A stretch of DNA of 64,000 nucleotides from Podarcis bocagei (Eukaryota): the NCBI GenBank assembly GCA_964188305.1, contig OZ076889.1. The stretch is one strand, 5' to 3'. The notes below the pieces were generated by a model. That model had not been told where the DNA came from. It worked only from the letters and a program-made list of their open reading frames with translations, and made no database searches. Below are positions 11,449 through 22,961 of this stretch, in pieces. How positions within the stretch are numbered: position 1 is the first letter of the stretch; each line of letters starts with the position of its first letter. The position numbers and the translations under genes are program-made.

Positions 11449-12167
11449 TAAGCACTTAATAAGAGAGTTCCAACTCTCTTGCATTATCTGTATAGCCATT
11501 TCATGTGATAAGCTGACTGTGCAAATGCAGCATTCTTGCCTAATATAGTATGATAAGAGCATGGCTTCATCTAGCTATTTAAATGTAGACTGCTAATTCT
11601 AACTAACACTTAATTTGAAATAAAATATGGGAGTTATCGCAGAGCTGTCAGAATTCTATACTAAAACAGGAAAGAGGAAAATGTTGCAGCTAGTAACTAG
11701 CAAGCATAAGATTTTGGTCCAACGCAGCAGAGACATAAATATGAAGGCATTGGGCTACATTTTTCTATCAGCAAGAGGTGATACCTGTCATTTGAATGCC
11801 TTGTCCCACTGACAGATTTCTATCTTGCGTTTTCCTTGACTTCTCCATAGCTAAAGAGTTAGTTCACATGTTGAATTTTTACTTTCATGCACCCAGAACC
11901 TGGTCTATTGAAGGAAATAAGTCTCCATGATACTCCAGGGCACAAGGTTTACCAAAACAGGCAGTTGCATGTACATCAAGCATCCACTTCCTTCTTTAGC
12001 TGTCAAACATCTTCAATCAATATCCCCTCAGTTCCATTCATCCCGATTCATGATGGGCATTTTGAGGGGAACAGTCAGTGAACATGTGATGGGAGGCACC
12101 ACACATTAAGGTGGAAATAAAAGTCATTCACATTCCAAGTGGCAACGCCACTTATACCACACATGTT

Positions 12168-12935
12168 TGTTTTATTTATTTAAGGATTTCTATCTCATCC
12201 TTCTAAGAATTCTCCAGGGCAGATATACAACGTATAGAAACAAAATAGAAACAATAAAAAACTAAAGACAATTTAAAATTCATATAAGCATAGCATAAAA
12301 TCAGATTCTCCGGGGATGAATATGGTTTTAAAGGCCTGGGGAAATGAAAATGATTTCATCTATTGCCAGAAAGATAGCAGAGTCAGTGCCCAACAAATCT
12401 CCACAAGGAGAACATTCCATAACTGGTGCATCACCACCAAAAAGACCCTTCTCACCTCAGATGGTGGAATACCTAAGGGAAAGTCTCTGAAAACTACCTT
12501 AATGTATGTGCAGGCTGAAGTAGAGTCAGGTGAGCTTCAGGTACCCGAGACTTAAGTCATGCACGGTTCAATTCACTAATCCTTTGAACTGAACTAGAAA
12601 TTGATTGGGAGCCAGTGCAGCAATGTAAGCACTGATGAGGTATGAACCCAATGCCCATTCTCATCATCTTAGTAACTGTATCTTGAACTAACTAAAGACA
12701 ATCAAAGGCCGCCTCTTATAAAATGCCACAAGCAATCTAACCAAGAGGTTACAAGAGAATGGATTACTAGGACTAGGCCATGTCTGTCAGAAGGGGTCAT
12801 AGCTGAAACATGTCAGCTGCGGCAGAGGGCACTCCAACCTGTGGAGGCCACAAGGGCCACCAGAGGCAAAGGTGGACTAATAAGCACAGCAAAGCTGCAA
12901 ATGTGGTCCATCAGGGGGAGGGCAAGCCTATCCAC
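12168..12935 (-). mobile_element. L2 LINE 3' fragment, degraded
   Basis: (TTTA)n tail followed by lizard L2-type antisense motifs (ATTCCATAACTGGTGCATCACCACCAAAAAGACCC, GGGAGCCAGTGCAG, AATCTAACCAAGAGGTTAC). Confidence 0.7.
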
Positions 12936-13385
12936 CCAAAAAAGTGCATTTAGCCTTCAACATGTATCATGAGAAATTCCCAATAATGCAGTCAGCTTCT
13001 GGCAAAATCACCAGGGTTTTCGTATTTATTTATTTTTTTAAAGGAGGCTATGATTGCACATTGTGCAAAAGCCATCCCACAAAACCCATGAAAGGTTTAC
13101 AGCTGCAAATGCTTCTGCTCCATTAGACCTACAGATTATAATACTACTCTCAGTGCTATGTAATGGATGTCTAATCATTCTAACCTGCCTGAAAAGAGAT
13201 ACCACCTTCATACAGTCAGACATCTGTGGTTGTCCATGTACGCTACTGTAACGTTAATTAACATGTTGTGCTGCTGTTCATTCATAATCTATTCATGCTT
13301 CATTTATTTTTTAAAAAAGAGCATGTGAATTGCTATAACTGCTGCAGAATACCCTTTTGTGTACATTTTTGTTCTTCCTTGCAAG

Positions 13386-13553
13386 ACTGTGAATGCTTCG
13401 GCCACTCCAACCGGTGCAGTTACATCGATCTGCTCAGTGCATTCATTTGTGTGAGCTGTAAACACAACACTAGAGGGCAGCACTGTGAGTTGTGCAGGCT
13501 GGGCTACTACAGAAATGCTGCGGCAAAACTGGACGATGAAAATGTATGCATAG
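13386..13553 (+). CDS. NTNG1: Netrin-G1 exon 8, laminin-EGF (LE2) domain, 168 nt, phase 1-1: [55 protein letters not shown]
   Basis: Eight-cysteine LE pattern matching netrin-G1; acceptor ttcttccttgcaAG, donor ATAG|GTCAGT. Confidence 0.97.
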
Positions 13554-15729
13554 GTCAGTTTCATTCTAATTCTGGCGTTTCGTTCTCTGCCTTTTTTCAG
13601 CTGTTCAGACCTCTTTAGTACAAAAGCGAGACATTTCCAACGTTTCTCTTCGTTGTACCAGCTGAGCCAGAGTGAGCGTTTTCAATGGAGAATCTGCACA
13701 CCTTACATGCATTTGTTCTAAGCCTTAAGCGTCTAGTTTGAATAAGGACTACACAGGGTTGTGATGGCCATCCTCAATATTTTAGACATTTTCCCCCTTC
13801 AAAAAAAATCACACCTTGATATTGCCAGTTGCTCTAGGTCTAGACCCCTAAGAAATCACCAGTTCCCAACAATGAATCCAAAACCCGCCATTACAGCCAT
13901 TGAAACACCAGCATGAGATTCCATTGGAGAATCTATATAATTTGATCAAAAATTACAGGATTCACAGATCACAGCACCCACCCATATGTAGCCCAATAGA
14001 TATAATAGAGTGCAGGTCTTCAGGACCCATAGGTGGGCATAAGACCATGCTAAGTGGGTCATACCAAAGCAAGACTCCTCAACCAAGCCTGGAGACTGCA
14101 GCTCCTCCCCCCCCCCCTTATGTAAGAGCGTTTCCTCCCCACATTGCCCCTCCCAGCCTTACTGCCATTTCCTCCCCACTCCCTACTGGGAACATGCTGC
14201 CTGGCTATCCATCCCATTTTCCATGGCCCCAGAATGGGTTGTGGCAGGATGCCCAGAAGCCATGGGATACCTCTCCATAGAAAAGGGGGGCTGGTATTGT
14301 TTCTGTTGATGGCACTGGTGGGGCACTCGCTCAGGGCAGGAATGAATCCAGGCATCCCCAATTCTAGAGAGCAAGCCTTCAAATGTGAGGGTTTGCTCAC
14401 TAGTAAGGACTGCTACTCCACTGAACACTTGACTTGGAGTAGAAGGGTTGGACAGGAACAGCAGGGGATCCCACTTGAGCTTAATGGGCAACCATGCCTA
14501 AGATATTCAATTTTGGGGGTGCCCTCTATTTTGGGTCCAGTCCCCTTGAGATTTTTATAGTTCCCCATCACCTTTGATTATGAGCATGGGTAGATTTCTC
14601 TTGCTGCAGCTAGATTTCCAGAGGAGGGTTCCTTGGGGAGTAAAAGCTACTTGGGTTCAGCTATGGTAGGACTTTCCTTTTTCCTTTTTACTCTCAGTTT
14701 AAAGTTAGTGCATAGGTGTTATACTGCTGTCACTTGCAGTCCAATTTTCTGAAGACACTCCCCAGCATACAGTTGTGGGGCTTTACTGCCAAGAAAATGT
14801 GCCCATATAGGATTGTGACTTTACAGCCTGATTTGGATTGCTATGTGTTTACTGGAGAGCAGGTCTCACAGGATTATTGAAGAGTTTCAGTCGAATCATT
14901 TGTTCATTCAGGAGTAAGATTGCAATGCCGATCCCACTGACCTGGGAATATGCCCCATTGAATTCAGCAGGGCTTCCTTCTGAGTAGACATGGCTAGGGA
15001 TTCACTGCAATGCTTGCTTTATACACTGACTAGGCAGCCAGGCATCTTGCACACTGAGGCCTCTTATGCACCTGCCCCCTGCCTGCCAATAATACTTAGA
15101 AGTAAGGTCAATTTAGTTAAATGGGACTTACTCCCTATTCAGTGGCTGAGGACAGCAGCAAACAATTGCTGTGTAGATTAGGTTGTGAGGTTACTGAAGC
15201 ATTTTGATTTATTCTGTGTACATTTGATTTCAGGCACATTGATACAAGGAGAGGACAGATAGGGAGGTGGTTCTGAGAGGGGGGGAATTCATCTACTGAA
15301 GCTGACAAAAAAAGTAAAGAAGGAAAGGGAGCGGGGACTCAGCTCTCCAGATTAATTCATTAATCTTAATATGCAGATCTAATGCATGTCTACTCAGAAG
15401 TAAGGCCCATTTTAATGGGACTTATTCTCAAATAAGCATGCAACTTTAGTATGTCAGGGTTGATTTGGAACGCAAATTAGCTTTATTTAGTTGATTTTTA
15501 AAAAAAGAATTATAAGATGGCAACACTTTGCAAATTAAGAGGGGGGAAATGGTTGTTGTTTTGAAATGACAACTCTTACGTTGATTCGGTGAGGGAGAAT
15601 CTGGGGAGTTCCTTCAAATCATCATCCAACACAGGGGCAACAAAAAACACCTGATATCTGTATTAAGTTCTGAGGGTACTGAGCCTCCCTGAGAAATCCT
15701 GCTCATTTTTATTTCAGGCAAGTTGACGT

Positions 15730-16110
15730 TAGGAAGGGGACAAAGGGCACAGAGAAATGAATTAAAGGTGGCAGAGAAGGTGACACAAGCTGGAAGAAAG
15801 TGAGGAAAGAAAAAGAAGAGGTTGGGAGAAATGTAATAGTGAGCAGGTAAAATGAAGTAAAAGGAAGAAAGTTTGAGAAGGTGAAGAGAATGTAGAAGAC
15901 GGCATGTGCAGAGAGGAAGAGAAAACAGACAGATTGTGAAAGGTGGTGACAACAGATAAAGTACTGAGAAAGTGCAAGGAGGAGGCAAAGAGGAGATGGA
16001 AGAAGAGAGGAGAGGAAAGCAGAAGCAATGCAGGTGACGGAGGACAAAAAGTGCCAGAAGGTAGGGAGAGAAAAAGGCAGCAACAAGGGATAGAGAAATA
16101 AAGGAGGTGA
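15730..16110 (+). repeat. Purine-rich (GA) low-complexity tract
   Basis: Strong A/G strand bias; generates spurious F/L/S-rich minus-strand ORFs. Confidence 0.8.
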
Positions 16111-19100
16111 CTCATTTTATTGGAAGTGATAGAAATACTTTTTTGGTAACAAAACACAAGCATGAATGACTGTGCTGGCTTGTCCTCTTGCTCAATATTG
16201 ACCACAGCCCCTGCCCCTGAATTAAAGAATTACCCGGAAATCAAAGACCAGGGTACAACTATTAAAAGGGTTCAAAAGTTTGACCAACAATATAGGAAAT
16301 ATTGGTTCACTTTTATTGAAAAAAAGAATAGCATGCTGATACCCCAGGGTTTGATATGTGGTGAGATACTAGCACTATTAAATATAAATCAAAAGTGAAA
16401 ATGTGAAAGTGGATCCCATGTTCTTAAAGTGTGTCTTCAGTTTGGACTGGTTGAAGACCCCTGTAATAGAGCAGTCACAGAATATGCAACTGATTTAATT
16501 CCATTAAATTCCATTGTATGAATGAGAAATCTGCTCAAACCTACAGAATCTGAAAACTTTATTAGCATCTATGTATTCAAGAGCAATGTTGGTACTCCTT
16601 GTTTCTGTTCCCTTATTGATACGTGTAAACATACGCAGGAATGTTCAAAAGCAAAGTAAGATTGACCACAGGAAAATATCAGGCGTAAAGACCAGCTGCA
16701 CAAAATAATGAAAAGAATGATTTTAAAATATGCCACAATATGCGCTCCTGTAAACCACAAAAAGGTGGAAATTGGCAGCTATTTTCCATTGTAGAGTAGA
16801 TTCCCCCGGAACAAGTTTGTTCACACAGCCCAATGCATACTAGATTCCATAGGTTGCAATGCTTTAGACAAAACCTCAATCATAGATCAAGATTACTGAA
16901 AACTGAGCTTTGCCCAAATACAAATGTAGAGAATTTCACAAAATAGGGCCACTTCAGGTGTGATGAACCTTCAACACACACCATCCACATGCAGGAAACT
17001 CACCTGCAGTTAACACACTCCTAGCTTTTTTACCACAACTCAGCAGGGTACCAACTGTGCATAGAACACAAAAAAGAAAAATGTGTATTTAGGATCTGTT
17101 ATAATGTACACATAGAGTTCATGCAATTTCCTGCACAGAAGAGTTGTCCATGTAGGAAATAAATCCTAAACCAGCCCTTTAGACCAGAATATAGTTCATA
17201 AATTGGACTGACCAAACCAAATTCAGCCTACCAGTTCTGTATTGTAGGCTGCCAGGGGATTGATAGCCCTGTTTTTGTTTTTTTTGTTTGTTTGTTTTTT
17301 TTTTTTTTTTTTTTTTGCAGCACAGCATTATTATAACTGTTGCTGTTGATACTGTTTTTTACTTTATTATCCCACATTTTTGTCCATAGTAGGCTGTCAT
17401 GCAATGTTGGGTTACAAATTCTGCAAGACTGCCATCAGGTCATGAAGTTAAATGTGTTTTCCTAATCAGCTATCAACTCCAGCTCCTTGCCAGTGCACGA
17501 TTCTGTGCACATAAACTATAGATGGTACTTATTTGCCAATTCCTTCCTTCAAATAGAACATCATTAGTCAAGTACAATATACTGCGTAGTCTCAAAAAAA
17601 ATATGTTACACTACAGCAACAACCATTTCCTTCAGACATTGTTTAGGGAGCATCATTGTCAATTTCCCAGATCAACATTTATCATAAATATAGCCTCACT
17701 CTATGGACATTAGCTACCAAATTGTCTTAAAACCATGATCTGCTGAGGAGGTTCTATGTTGTTTTTTAATTGCACATCTGAGACCCCTGTATTGTATTAC
17801 TTAAACAAACAAACTTTTGTGCTTGGATTAGAATTTCCTCTACCCACCACAATGCCTTCTATCATTTATACAGAGAGATTTTTATTTTATTTTAGCAATT
17901 TAAAGTATATTTTGTCCAATAGAAATACAACAGATCCACGTTAATCTAAATTTTTTAAATAATCAGGATAGGGTGAGGTGTCAATCACAACTTATTTCAT
18001 AAATGAATACAGCATCCAGAAACATGCATGGACATACAATATAATGCTCACATCCCTTTTAAAGTCATTTGGTGCCAAGTGAAACGAAAAGATTGATTCC
18101 TTTGAACTTAATTATGCTGCACTAATACTAACTACGTGTGTATGACAAGTAACAAGACAGCCGCTCATACTGCCCTGCTCAATACAATTAACACATCCGA
18201 CAAGCGCAGGTCTTTTAAACAGAGCATCATCTGCTAATTAGCGCTTGATAGAGACAAGGAATTATCTTTCTGATATCAGAGGTATGTGCCTGGCTTCAGA
18301 GATCTGTGAGGAAGGTACCTCATAGTTTCCTCCTTTTGAACTGGAAACGGGCAGGAGAAAAGGGCACCAGTACCCCAGCTGGTGGAGTCTGAGGGGGCTC
18401 ATTTAGAGTAGCTCTCTGAAGCAGGAGGGCAACCAATTGCCTATCTAAGAGTTTCGGATCAAGGCCAGCAGGGAACCTAACTATTTGTAAAGCTAAAGAA
18501 CTGGCTGGACTTTGAAAAAGGCAGCTTGGAAGGAAGGAGAGATAGACACTTGAGTGCACCAGTGGCAGGAACCTGGTCTTCCAGACAGTGTTTTACTGAG
18601 AAATGTCAGGGCTCAACTATGGAAATCATAGCTTGGGGCCCCCTTTCTTGAACATATGGAGATGTTGGCCCAGCTCCCACAAAAATCAGCACCCTTCGAT
18701 GATGGAGAAACTTTCTCCTTACTGTCTTCAGCAACCTAAGCAACAGAAGCAATTTTTTTTTTATGTTCCAGTGGTACCTGGGTTTTTGCATTCTGATTAG
18801 GCCCGTCGAGTGATTGTATTTAACTGTTTCTCATTGGCTTCTGCACTTACAGTCGTGTACAGAAGATCCATGATCCTGATCCTATCTATGTGCATGTTTG
18901 CATTCATGGGGAAAGCATTAGTATGAAACAGGTTGCAACAGATTTATAGCCACAGCATTGTCATCGTCCCCCGATTGTGCTCACACTTTCCTCTTGCCAT
19001 ATCACATGACTTGCTGCAGCGGTGTGTAGGTTAATGTCCGGGGGGTACCTCCTGGCTGCAAAGGGGTAACCCCAGAACAGTAATTTATATGGAGATGCAG

Positions 19101-19450
19101 TGGGCAGCCTCAGCACAGATAATTTGTTTTGCGTTTCTCCGCAAAGCCAGAACAGCAAAATGTGCAAGCAGCATTTGAAGGTGCATAGGAGCAATTAGTT
19201 GTGTGATTGATTTCTTCTGCTGCACAGGAAGGTATCTTGTGTCACACTAAGAGGCCTCATTTGACAGTTCAGGAATGATCAGCCATGCTGCATATGTGGG
19301 CAGCATGTCCAGTCCTTAATACTTCCTTGGCACATAACTCACTTTGCACGAGTGAAATCTGCCTGGGGCTGGATCTAGACATGTCAAAGAAGCGTTTCAG
19401 TTAAATGCGTTGTAAACTTTGAGAAATCGGGTTGGCAAAAAAAGGAACTC

Positions 19451-19488
19451 CACATCGCCATCTGGTGTCACAGTGTTAGACTACAACA
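19451..19488 (-). promoter_or_regulatory. CTCF-like motif with upstream TGTAG module, inside a probable repeat (about 19365-19530)
   Basis: Minus strand reads TTGTAGTCTAACACTGTGACACCAGATGGCGATG, close to the CCACCAG(G/A)(G/T)GGCGC core. Confidence 0.5.
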
Positions 19489-21921
19489 CATAAAAAATGC
19501 TCTTTCTTTGCCAATGTAGCTGAATCCAAGGTGAAATACTAACACAATTGAAGTCAATGCCAAACTTTTGTTGGCTTTGGCAATGACAGAATTTCTCCCT
19601 CCATTTGTTAAACGAGGTAAAGGCCAATCAGCTCTTATTTCCATGTAAACATCTGACTTAAAATCCCTTTATCCACCTCTGACAACCTTGGTTCTGAAGC
19701 CATTTAAAAGTAAGTTCTGAATATCAATTTCATTCGGAATTGTCCCTTTTTTCTCATGTGACATACCGCATGGTTGGATGCCTTTGCCAAGGGCAAAATT
19801 CTCAGTAACTTTGTTAATGTATTGCAGATAACCAACTGACAGGATAATCATTATTTCAATTGGCACATTTTTCCAAACCACCACCAATAGCACTAGCCTA
19901 CGTTCCTTTGGAAATGCCATTTGCAATTTGTAAGGATTGAAATCCTGAGCAATAGATGCAATATTTGCTACTCAAAACATTTTCCCCTTAAGCTTCTCCT
20001 CCCCCACCCCCCATTTCTATTTGCCATGTTAAAATATTCTCAGTTTCCCCCTCCTGTTTTGTCATTTCTGATCTCACGGATTCATAATGAAATCCCAGGG
20101 AACAAATCTAAATGGAATGATTAAAAGAAAAAATAGAGCTGTTCACCCAGCATGGTCTCTAAATTCAAAAAGAAATACTCGCACTCTTTGCATTTGATAG
20201 CAGATATCAGGGGTGTTGGGAAAGTTATTATTAACTTGAAGTCTCAATTCTATCTACACAAGTGTATCTGCAATCAAAATCAGATCCTCAAGGAACTACC
20301 AGAAGTGCAAACAACAAGATAAACAAGGCAAGGATATATAGGGAAGATGCAAATCACATAGCATTCCAGACATTGACAACCTGATTTTTATGTATATGAA
20401 AAATAATGATTTGCAATAGAATCATACAATTGGAAGATACCTAGTTGGTCATCTAATCAGAGGCAGCAACCAGCCTCTGCTTAAACACCCCCAGCATGTA
20501 TACACTGAAGCCCCAGGCCAAATCTGACTCCCCAGTTGCCAACCAGGAAAGGGGGAAAAAACATGAACAGAGTGCGACTGCACTGCATGTATAGACTTGC
20601 CAGCAGCCTACTTGGGGGAGTGTCAGTGGTAATCTGGCCTGCCATTATTACAGCAGCACCCCCACCCTTCCTGCAACAAAGCACTCCAGAGATTTAGAAC
20701 CAATAGGGGTGCGAGATGAGAACATACATTTCCTAGAAATAAAATATGAAAACAAAATAGGTTCAATAAAACTGATCCATTGGTTTTTATAAGAGACACC
20801 TTATCACAAAAATTCATATGGTCAAAGTTTGTGCATTTCATATCTGTATGTTTTTACATTCAATGTGGTAACGAAAATGACAGGCTTGGGTTTAAGTTAT
20901 TATTGGCCAAGGCTCTGGGACACTCTCATCTGCTGCCCATTGAGTTCTCTCAAGTAGGATATTGTGGCATAACTTAAAAGGTGTACTAACATTGCAGGAG
21001 AAAAAAAATACAGCCTGTAAACTCCAATCACTAAAATGCCATGAATAAATTAAGCTGATGCCCATAAACATAAAGGAAGACTGCCTTGGAAATTAGTAAA
21101 GTGCATTTATGTTGCCATTTAGAAAATATTCAGCATCAAGTGTGGAGTCTTACCTATTTTAATAATTTAAAGCGAGCTTTAACTTGATGGTCTATTGATG
21201 TTTCCTGAAATAGCAAGCTGTCTTAACGTTCATTAAAATGATATAAAAACGCGAAGAACAAGTTGTAAGCGCTGTCACCGTTAGTTACTTCTGAGGACTT
21301 CATTCTTCGCTTTATTTCTGCTAATTTTCTGCTCATACCACCATGGAAATGTGCCATTAAGGGTGGTATCCCAACTAAACAGTTCCACTAATGCAAGTAC
21401 TTTTGGAATCTAGGAAGCCAGACAGTTAGTCCAGCTTGCTTACTGCCTGGTAGTGGCTCTCTGCCATTTTCAAGGCAGAAGGTCTCTCCTAGCTCTACCT
21501 AGAGATGCCAGGGATTGAATTTAGGACCCTCTGCATGCAAAGGACATACTGAGACCCTTCTGGAGGGCTGGAGAAGACCTCAGAAAGCCTCAGGATAAAT
21601 GGAGGGAGCAAAGTTTCATTGCACAGCAAAAGTCAATTACACTAGTAGAACTGCTTAACTGAATAACCACCCTAAATGTATAGCAGTAGTCTTCAGTAGT
21701 TCAAGCAGGGACCCACCTTTAATCAAAAACTGCAACACAGGACCCACTTTCAATCTTTTTATCATATATTTCTCACTTCTCCTTTGTCATTTTCTTTTTT
21801 TAAAGTAAACCAAAAAATAATAATGTGGTGTGTTGTAATAGAGTGAATGCTGGGATCCACCTTGGATTGGGGATATGACTCAGTTATGGATCCCTTTGCA
21901 TTAGTTGAACACTGATACTCT

Positions 21922-22060
21922 CAGTGCTTCCCAAACTTGGATCGCCAGCTATTTTTGGACTACAACTCCCATCATCCCTAGCTAACAGGATCAGCGGTCA
22001 GGGATGATGGGAATTGTAGTCCAAAAAAAACACCTAAAGACCCAAGTTTGGGAAACCCCG
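21922..22060. mobile_element. hAT-type palindromic MITE, same family as 4524-4658
   Basis: Arms TTTGGACTACAACTCCCATCATCCC / GGGATGATGGGAATTGTAGTCCAAA; ends CAGTGCTTCCCAAAC / GTTTGGGAAACCCCG. Confidence 0.85.
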
Positions 22061-22218
22061 TTCTAAACCAATGAGCAAGTGGACTTTCCAGCAGTCTGCC
22101 GTTATCAAACCATCTTCCTTTATGGTTAAACTTGGCCGCTGTTACCCCTATCAGTAATGAATGACTTTTAATCTTGTACCCCTCTACCAAGTTCATATGT
22201 GTTGTCTTGTTTCTGCAG

Positions 22219-22356
22219 AATGTAACTGTAGCCGTTTTGGCTCAGTCCATGATCGCTGTAATGAAAGAGGAATTTGTGAGTGTAAGCAGGGAGCAACAGG
22301 GCCTAAGTGTGATAAGTGTCTGCGGGGATATAACTGGCACAACCAGGGTTGTCAAT
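22219..22356 (+). CDS. NTNG1: Netrin-G1 exon 9, laminin-EGF (LE3) domain, 138 nt, phase 1-1: [45 protein letters not shown]
   Basis: LE cysteine pattern; acceptor tcttgtttctgcAG, donor CAAT|GTAAGT. Confidence 0.96.
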
Positions 22357-22831
22357 GTAAGTAACTGCCCTACATCTGCCCTCCTCCTCCCCCCCTTCCC
22401 CCACCCTTTGCTGCCTGCGCTTCTCTGTGCCAATGTGTGCAGTCCCTCAGCACTTTTTTTTTAAAAAAAGAAGAGAAACCTTTCTGCAAGGTCTCAAAAC
22501 TCCTTCAGCCTGAAGTTTAATGAAAGCACTCAAAAGGTAGCAAATTGGCTGTGCAATTTCTTTCGTTTCAACATTCTGCGTATGTGTAGTGCCCTCTCCC
22601 TTTCCTTCTGCTAATGCCTGGAGAAACCTTTAACTAAGATAGCACATATATGCACCTTGTCAGCTACAATCAACTAAAGTATGATGAGCTGTATCACCAG
22701 TGGCTGGGTTCTAAAGGCATATTGAAAACAGAAAGGTGAGAAGAATTGTGCATGTATGTTTATTTCGTTGCATTGCCCTTTCCTAGACCCTAGAAATTTT
22801 AATTAATATATTGAGCTGTGACTTTCTGTAA

Positions 22832-22961
22832 CAGGCTTAGGGAACCTCCAGGTGTTGCTGGTCTTCCACTGCCAACAGCCCCAGCCAGCATGGCCAGTGG
22901 TCTGGAATGATGGGAATTGTAGTCCACCAACATCTGGAAGGGCACAGTTTCCCTCTCCATG
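22832..22961. mobile_element. Older related hAT MITE
   Basis: ATGATGGGAATTGTAGTCCA arm and AACATCTGGAAGGGCACAG end; another diverged copy at about 28730-28845. Confidence 0.7.

Noticed and set aside
15614-16205. Three overlapping minus-strand ORFs of 124-147 aa
   Set aside because: Artefact of a pyrimidine-rich strand that lacks stop codons
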